From positions 62,001 through 126,000 of the IMG/VR virus record IMGVR_UViG_3300035703_000008: a stretch of DNA of 64,000 nucleotides. One strand, 5' to 3'. Position numbers and translations under genes: made by a program. The notes below the pieces were generated by a model. It saw only the letters and a list, made by a program, of their open reading frames with translations. It ran no database searches and had not been told where the DNA came from. Below are positions 52,632-61,600 of this stretch, piece after piece (within the stretch, counting starts at the first letter, position 1; each line of letters opens with the position of its first letter).

Positions 52632-55600
52632 TTAATCGCCTCTTATAAACCTAGCAGCCACAGTGTCGGTTTCCTGGAGAGGAACACCATCAGAAGCTGT
52701 GCCCGGACCGGGTTGGTACCAACTGAGTCCACGACGAACTTGTATGCTGACCTGGTATCCATTGGTGGGCGGCTGCGAGAACTGTATGGTCACGGGATCT
52801 CCGTCCGTGATCACATAGCCGCCTACTTGTAAAATACCGCCTACATAGACTTGTACGCTGTCATCAAGCTCGGTACTGTCTACACCCAACACAGAAATTT
52901 CTGTGGCTTCAAATATGGTGGTTCGTCCGTCGGCCAAGAAGTTCTGGGCCACGATGCGATCCTGATATTCAGCTGGTAACATGTTTCCGACGCCAATGTC
53001 ATACACGGCAGCGCCCGCTGCGTGTGCTGCTACCCCTGTGCCTGCAGTACCGCGACGTAATCCTGTCAAGGTATTGGTGGCCAGATCACGCGATCTATAA
53101 GTGATACGTTCGCCGTCTATGGTGACCATTCCAAAGAATCCCTCGGCCAGATTTGGCTGTGGAAACTTGCTGGCGTCCTGCACTGAGATCACTGTGCTGT
53201 CAGTGGTCATGGCCTGGGTCAATATGCTGCTGGTGCTTTCTGTGATACGGTAAGTGGTCTGCTGGCCACGCATGTCCTGGAATATACGGAATTCAATGCT
53301 GCCAGGTACTGTGCTATTGGTCATAGTGGTAATAGCCACCACATCCGCGGCGTTGATTATCTCGCCTAGGATAGTGACCGTAGTACCAGTGACTGTGAAT
53401 CCCACTTCTGGGAACAAGAACTCGCCGTTGAGAGTCACGGTCATCCTGCTGGTGTCAGTGATGACGCGGCCGATGTTGAAGTTGTTGGTCTGAACCGACA
53501 GGCCCACGCCAAAATCATAGGGATCGTAGTCATAGCTGCCTGTGGTTCCTGGAGAAGAAGCCGAATCAAATCCCACATCTACTGTGATGCCTTCTGTGGT
53601 GGGTCCCACGAATACCTGTGTGAGCAAGCCTTGTTGTGCTGTGTCATTGAATGTGGTTATGCTCAATGTATCGCCGGGGATGGGAACCAGACCGCCCGAT
53701 GATCTCCACTGCATGAAATTGCCCGAAATAACATACTGTGCCGCGGTCCATACACTGATTACGATGCGGCTACCTGCAGGTGGCATCTGTAAAAACATGA
53801 TAGATCTTGGTGAGCTGCCATCCCAGGGAACCAACTCCCAGTCCACAAAGAGTTGTTGCTGTTGATCATCAACATATACATATACATCATTTTCAGTCAC
53901 AGCTGATTGATCATAATCTCCGCTGTAGGGCAAATAATACTCAAGGCTGCTGCCATCTGCGATCTCTTCGCTGCTTTCGGGCGGTCTTGCACGCACGCCG
54001 TTTTTCTCTACGATGGCATTCACAGCATTGGTGCCTTGCATGCTGTTAAACAAGGTAAAGGTGTAAGGACCGCCACCGTAACCCATGACCTGCTGCTGCG
54101 GAGTGCTCCAGTCGTTGAGTGTGTTGGTACCAAATGCTATCACAGTGACCCAGTCACTGCTGGTCCACTCGTCGTCAAATACCACTCGTGAGCTTACAGT
54201 GTCGTTGACTTGGGCTGTGAAATCTGTGTACCTAGCACCGTTGACAAACACCAAGAACTGGGTGGTCACAGAATCAATCACCAATGGTACCGGGACTATC
54301 ACGGTATCGCCTATGTCTTCGCCCGAGAAAGATCTACGATAGAGCTGGCTGCCACCACCCACACTGTAGGCCATGATCACCAGCACATCCCCGGTAACAG
54401 CACCTGAATTCACAGTCACTGACAAGTTGCCCCAATCCACTGTGAATTGGCGGCCTATGGCCAGCTCTGTACCTTGTGTGCGGTTGAACACACGTACCAC
54501 CACTGTGTAGTCAAGGATGCCATCAAAGCTGTAACTAGATCCCGATACGGTAAACACATAGTTGATGGCCTGCGATGTAAACCCATGCCCATCCAACTCC
54601 CAGTCTGATCCCGGAGTAGTCAACACGCGGATATCGAGCGTGTCAAATATAGCACCGGGTACCAGTTCTTCAGGAGCATGACTGCTATAGGTGTCAACAA
54701 ATGCACCGCCGTCAACGTCGATGGCTGCTGGGCCTACACCAAGATAGGGATCTACAAACTCGCTTTCGTAGATAGCGTCCAAGAGATTTTCATCATATGT
54801 GGGCAAGCCTTCAGGACCGTAGTCGATGTTGTCAAACGGCAAGGTATCAAAACCAGCGCCGCCGATGTAGCGATCAGCACACCATTGCGAAGGAGTGAAT
54901 GTTTCGGGCTCCCTTGGTACTACCACATAGGTACCGGTGTCTTCGTCGTAGGCGTAAAGTGTGGCCAGTTGTACATCGCGATAGCCTTCTACGTACAACG
55001 GATCCTGGCTGGCTGCTGGATCAAACAAGGGATTCACATAGCTGCCACTGTCAAAGCCGGGATTGAAATTAAAGCCCAATCCAAATACTTGTACGCCCGG
55101 GTAATCTACTCCGGATATCAAGAGAGCGAGATCCAGTCCAGGTTCATTGGCAGTGGGAGTATAAAATCCCATGGTACGGTCTACGCCACTGAGCGCAGAT
55201 GCTGGAACCAAAGTCCACTCATCGGGGTCAAATGTGATGGACTCCACGGCTGTGCTGTCGTCGGCCGAGGCTGCCCACACACGGTCGTCGTAGCGAACCA
55301 TCTCGCCATTGGCATAATCTCGCCCGGGCTGCCATTCCTGGATGGTGCTGGAATACTGATAACGGTCATACTTGATGGTGGTCGTGATTGATCGTACCAG
55401 ACCGTTGCCCATGTTGGCCACGGCCTGTGCTCGTGTGCCAAGATAGTTTAGTATAGTGGTACCATACACAATGTTGCCGGAGGCGGTGCTGGTGGGCGGC
55501 ACACTTTCAAACATGCCAGATTCGGCCACGCTGTAGACCAAGCCGCCGGGAGCTTCATAGATCTGGCCGGCAAATGCTTCGATGCTGGGCTGCCAAACAC

Positions 55601-58600
55601 GCGCTGCTGGGAGACCGCCATCAAGCACGAGCATGGCAGTGGTGGTTCTAGGCTGTCCAGGATTGACCACTGTGATGCCAGTGACCTGTCCTTGGCTGTT
55701 GATCGTAGCTGTGAGCACAGCCGTATCGTCATCTTCGACGATCACTGTGGGAGCCACGATGTAGCCTGATCCAGCACGAGCTATGGTCACGCTTTCAATG
55801 GTCAAGAGATAGTTTTGATACCACTGGCTGTAAGGCCATTCGGTCCAGATCGCAGCAGTGTCAGGGTAGCTGCTGGTAGTGCTCAAGGTGTTGGTGTTGT
55901 CCAACACCGGGCTCACAAACAGATTTTCACTGGCGTTCCAGAATGCTGGGAGATCGAAATCGTTGACACTGCCTTGGTAAACATCTTGGCCCTGATATAT
56001 GAGATTGAACTCGCGTATCTGCACATGATAGGGTTTGACTTCGCGGATGTAGTCTAGCACAAAGTCTTGATTGTCCTGACGATAGACCTGGAAAGGCACC
56101 AATTCACGTATGGTGTGGTCCACGTCTACTAGACTGGTCTTGACCAGCCATGTGGGAGCGATCTGTTCCGTGAGTATAAAGTTGAACATCAAGATCAAGA
56201 GACGATTGCGTTCAATGGCCAGCTCGTCGATGAATATCTCTTGATTGAGAGCCTGTATGATCTTGCGTGTTTCGATGCTGGGTTCTTTGTCAAAATATTG
56301 TGCATCAAAAACTTCAACGTCAAACCCAAATCTGCCGATGCTATAGTCCCAGATGCTGGCGGAAATTTCTATGGTTCCGCTTTCTAGAGCCACTCGATCC
56401 CAGCCAGTCGCTGTGCGCTGGTAGATTTCCCATTTGTTCTGTGCATTGGCCGTGACTTTGACTGCGCTGCCCACTGGTACTGTGAGAGTTTCCAGCAGCG
56501 AATCGTTGGCCACTTCTGTGACTGGACGTGTGAGAGGATTGAAGCCGGGTTGGTACCAGTTCACATAACTCCAATACAGCTTGGTGTCATAGTTTTGTAC
56601 TCGTATCAAAGCCAGCTCACGCTCGCCAAACAAGGATCCCGACACCACTTGATAGATGGTCCACAGTCCGTTGTTGGTGGCGTCACTGGCCACGAGATAG
56701 CGATAGCCCAAGGATACCTGTGCGAGATCCTGGAATGCCAGTTCTTCATAGTTGGCAAGACGCTTGTCCCAGGCGCCACTGCCAGGCGTGGGTTCGGGTT
56801 CCTCGCTGTTGAGCAAGGGAGACCTACGGGTTTCGGCCAAGGGGAACTGTGCCATCACACGATTGGCACGTTCGAGGTAGTTTTCCAGGGCCAGGAATCT
56901 GTTTATAAACATGCTCTGGCGCGGCCTCACTGCTACGCCATACTTTTCGCTGGGCGTCAAGAAAGGATCAGGCACAGCGCGACCCTGTGCATCTGATCCA
57001 GCGAGGCTGTCTGTGAGCTTCTGATACAAACTATCTACCAAGAAGCTGTCAGGGCGATTCTCGGCCACCAGCTGATATTCTAGGTGTACTGCATTTTCAG
57101 TGCGTTCGAGATCGTATTCCACGTGCAGCACTGTGTCTTCGGCGCTGATATATTGTAAGCCGTTATAGATGGCCACTGTGCTGGCATTGATGGGAACCAC
57201 ATAGCTGATTCCGCTGCTGCGCGGAGATTCGATGTAGCGAGCCAATGTTTCGATACTGAGTGTTTTTCCGGCCGCGGTATCAACTGTGGTGATACCGGAT
57301 ACCCAGAAGAAGTAGTTGGTGATAAAAAATCCCTGTTCGTTGACTTCGCTGGTCACTGTGTAGCTGAAGTCGCTGAGAGGTTCTCCTGGTCCGGTGTACT
57401 CCACAGGTGGGACTGGACTGCGCACCCATTGATAGATGTCTATGCTGCTGCCTGGGAAGGTCTGTCCCCATCTGCGGCTGGCATAAACTATGTCGTCCTG
57501 GTTGGGATCAATGAATCTCACATTGTTGGTATTCCACCAGATCTGACCCACGCGTTCTTGCGCCCACTTGACACCGTAGTTGTTGATATCTCCTACATTG
57601 TAGGCTGCAGGGTCCACGGCTCCGATGAAATCGAGATTCTGACGGACTGCGCCCAACACTGTGCCCTGGAGAGGATCAAAATAGTCAAAATACTGGCGCG
57701 CATTGCCTTGCACTCGATCGTACATGAACACTGTGTTGAGCAGGCTGATATCCACCACCGGCTGCTGGGATCTCACCACTTGCCAGGCCGGACTCAGTGT
57801 GGGATTCACAAACTGCCCAACTCGTCCAAAGTCGGCTGCGGCGCTGTCACCGCGGTCTTGGCTGGGTGCACCAACCAAAAGCACACCGGTGGTGAGATTG
57901 AGACTGGCTCCAAACTGCTCGAGTTCAGAAACACCCTCGTCATAGATCTCTTGACCAAACACAAATCTTCCGGGATTGTTTACTGTAGAGTTGGTACTGG
58001 GCAGGAAGTCGTATTCGTACACAGCACCACTCTGTGTGACCGGGTCAGAGAATACCGTAGACTTGGCATCAAATCGAGTGGTTCCCGCATCAAAGGTAGT
58101 GGGACGAATAGTGCTGCCGTTGGGCGCGCCAATTACCACTCCCAGTGAGGTCGAACTCAGTGCGATACTGGATCCAAAATAAGCATCGTCCTGTGCCACA
58201 GGAGCAGTGATGGTCTGTTGATACACATAGATGTCAAAACCCACGCTGTCAAACAACGTGCCCGAACCCGGCAAAACCTGTATCTTGTCGGCTGCAGGAG
58301 CCGTGGCCGAGTTCTTGATGCTGACCGTGATCCGTCCAGCAGCCACTCGTATCACTGAGCCCGCAGCCGGTGCTGCAGAGAATGTGATCTGCTTGGTGGT
58401 GTTGTTGTAGGTGTATCCCGAAGTTTGTATCACATCATTGATGTAGACCACCGTGGTATACGAACTGGCGCTGCTGTAGATTGACCCGATGTCAAACACT
58501 CGAGTAGCACCGTCGCCCGCGATTTCTAGATCCGGACCATACACGACATCAACGTTGGGTAGATCTCCGGCTGTGATAGCTGCTTGTATGTCTCGAGCGA

Positions 58601-61600
58601 ATGATTCAGCCCAGCCTGTGGGTTTCCAGTAAACAGCATCATCCAAGGTGATACCGATGGGCACATCTATGCGTGCCAGGAAAATATCACCGCTGCTGAT
58701 TACGAATGTGCCTGACAACCAGGTCTGACCGCTGCTCCATGCTGCCGGTGCGGTGAGGGTCACAAACACATCGTTGATACGTACAGCTTCTCCAACTTCG
58801 GCAGCGAGATTGGGATTGGCAATGGTGCTGGTAATGGTGCCATACACACGAGCTTGATTCTGCCAATACTCCACTTGTCCGGCCTGCGGTGCTGTGGTGG
58901 TCTGTCGTGGTGCGCCAACAAAGAAGCTGCAGCTATTGGTACACTGCTCTACGGCTGTGCCAAACACAGCATCTTTGCTGGGGGTCTGGCTGGTGAGATT
59001 CTGCAGCAGCGAGAACTGATTGGTACTGATCTCAATCTCGTCGCCCACTGTGAGTTGGACCTGCGGGAGCAGAGTCACGGTGCTGCCACTCACAGTATAA
59101 TCACCGTTGATGAAATAATCAGCATCGCTCAGTCGATTGCCATTTAGGAACACAAATACTGGGCCTTGCGGCGCGACGGTTGTGGTATAGCTGCGAACGT
59201 CTGTGCTGATCACAGCAAATCGTTGTACGCTGCGATCAAAGATGTAGCTGCGTCCAGCTTGAGTGAATGTGTCGACTGTGGAGTTGGGAGAACCTATCAT
59301 GATGGTGCGACCTTCGCCGCTGACATTGATGCTGCTGCCAAATCGATCGGCAGCACCCACGCCTGACACCGTGATGGTGTCAACATAATCCCAGTAGGTA
59401 CGATTCACTACCTGGATTACTGCACCCAAGGGCGGACTGGCCACAAACGTGATCTCTCCCAGCCCACTATCGTAGGTATAGTCAATGAAAGGTCGATAAA
59501 ATGCTTCGTTGACTTTGACCGAGAATGAAAAGATGTCAGATACGTTGTAGAGGTACGACGAAAGATCAAAAGTCAGAGTAGATGTAGACCCTGTGCCTGA
59601 TACTTTTTCAATGGCAGTAATGGCGTTTGGACTCACAAAAAACACTAGAGTACCAGCAGTCAGCGTAGGAGTGTCAATGATAAATTGCGTCTGGCTAGGA
59701 ACTGACAATATCGTTGTACCAGGCACAAAAGTGCCCGATCCTGACAGATAATGAAGAGTTTGTCCAGGCACCAACCCATCAGTGCTGGAAATGTTAATAG
59801 TGGTAGATCCGGCGCTGACGATAGTGGAATAGTTTGGTCCTGTTTGCAACACACGCAATACCAGATCGTTGGCCGGTGTGGATCCGCCCAATAATGTCCC
59901 AGGTATGGTCACAGTTTCAAGATAAGAGTATCCCGATCCACTGTCCTGGAGTGTTGGAGAATATTCGCCTCGAGCGACATTCACATAGAAAGATGCGCCC
60001 GACCCAGCAATCGAAGATCCAGTCACACCCGAATAGTTCTGCACATCAAGTTGATATGAACTGCGTCGAGCGATGACTAGGACCAGACCCGGAGCTGGTG
60101 TATTCGTAAGGATCACCACATTGTTGATTATAGAATAGTCAACTCCGGGAGCGAGTATCGCATTAGCGAGAGTCACGCTGATCTGTGTGTCAAATGCGGT
60201 ATCGTAGACTATGAGACCAGCAAAAGAATACTGTGTTTCCCCACGTTCAGTGATGTAGGTGACCACTTGTTCTTCGAGGTCCTGGCGTGCATAAGCAAAC
60301 ACTTTGTTGTCACCGGGGCTGCCCACATACATCCAAAGTTCGTCCTGGCTGATGCCCACAGATCGACCAAAGTCGCCGGTGCCCGAAAAATCGTTTTCAG
60401 GATTGACCAGCAGCTGGCGCTGCTCGTAGTTGTTGGCGCTGTTGTCGCGATAGATGGCTACTGCATAACCTTTGCCGCTGTAACTGTCTGCAGCGCCGGC
60501 CACTGCCCAGTTTTCACTGCCGATCTCTACGGCATTACCAAAGCCGGCCACACCGGCCACACGCAGGCTCTGTATGTCCTGGTCCTGCACATAACGATTG
60601 TTGCTCTCTTTGACGAACGTGTAGACACCACCACGACCTTGATCGTAGCCAGGAGCACCGACCAGGGCTGCTAGATTGCGATTGCTTTGTGTGACAGCAG
60701 CACCAAATCGTTGATCAGCGCTCTCATCCGATGGCTCCAGGCTAGTGGTCAGCGAGTAAGGATCGGTTTTTTCCAGCACTGCCCAGCGATCTTCGCCGGT
60801 GTTGTCGACCCATACCCGAGCACCAGCCACGAGACTGCGTGCATAAGGAAGATTCACGATGTCTGATGGTTGTGCTACACGTGCTGATTCCAACACGAAC
60901 GCCACGCCTTCGCCGGTGTAGGCAGCTTGAGTGCCAACAAATACGAAATCGACGATCACGGTTGTGAGTGAGGGCACTGCACGCACTTGATAGACACCGT
61001 TCACAGCATCATTGAAGAATCGTATAATGATCTGATCGTTCACTGACAGGCCGTGTTGTGCATCAAACTGCACCAGGGCACGATTGTTGAGATTGTTAGA
61101 GACCGTGGTCACTACGCCAGGAACACGCTCACAACGATAGATATTCCAATCATAGGAGTTGACTTTGGCTACCCATACAGTGGTGCCCACGCCGATGTCG
61201 TTGAGATCGTCGTTGAGGCTGCCGAGATCTTCAAAGTTGAACACAGTGTAGTCAACATCGTCGAGCTTGACATAACCTGCTGTGGGCAGTCCCACGTCAG
61301 TGACCGGAATGGTGGTCGTGGGCAGGAAATCTGGACTGTTGAGTTTGTAAGTGCTCTTCCAAACATTGCCGAACTGCACGGTCTGGTCGGCCTGGCTGGA
61401 TTGGCCTGGTGTGATCACTTGTATCAAAGCAGGGTCACTGCGCAGGCGTGCTTCGTTGAGCAAGAGCTCAACGTAGTTTCTGTTGGCAGTGGCGCCATAC
61501 TGGCTGCGCAGGATCGACCAGTATTCGTAGACATCGTACTCGGCGGTTTCTTTGCCAAGGTCAGCATAGGTAAACAGTTCAGCACTGCGTTTGGTACCTT

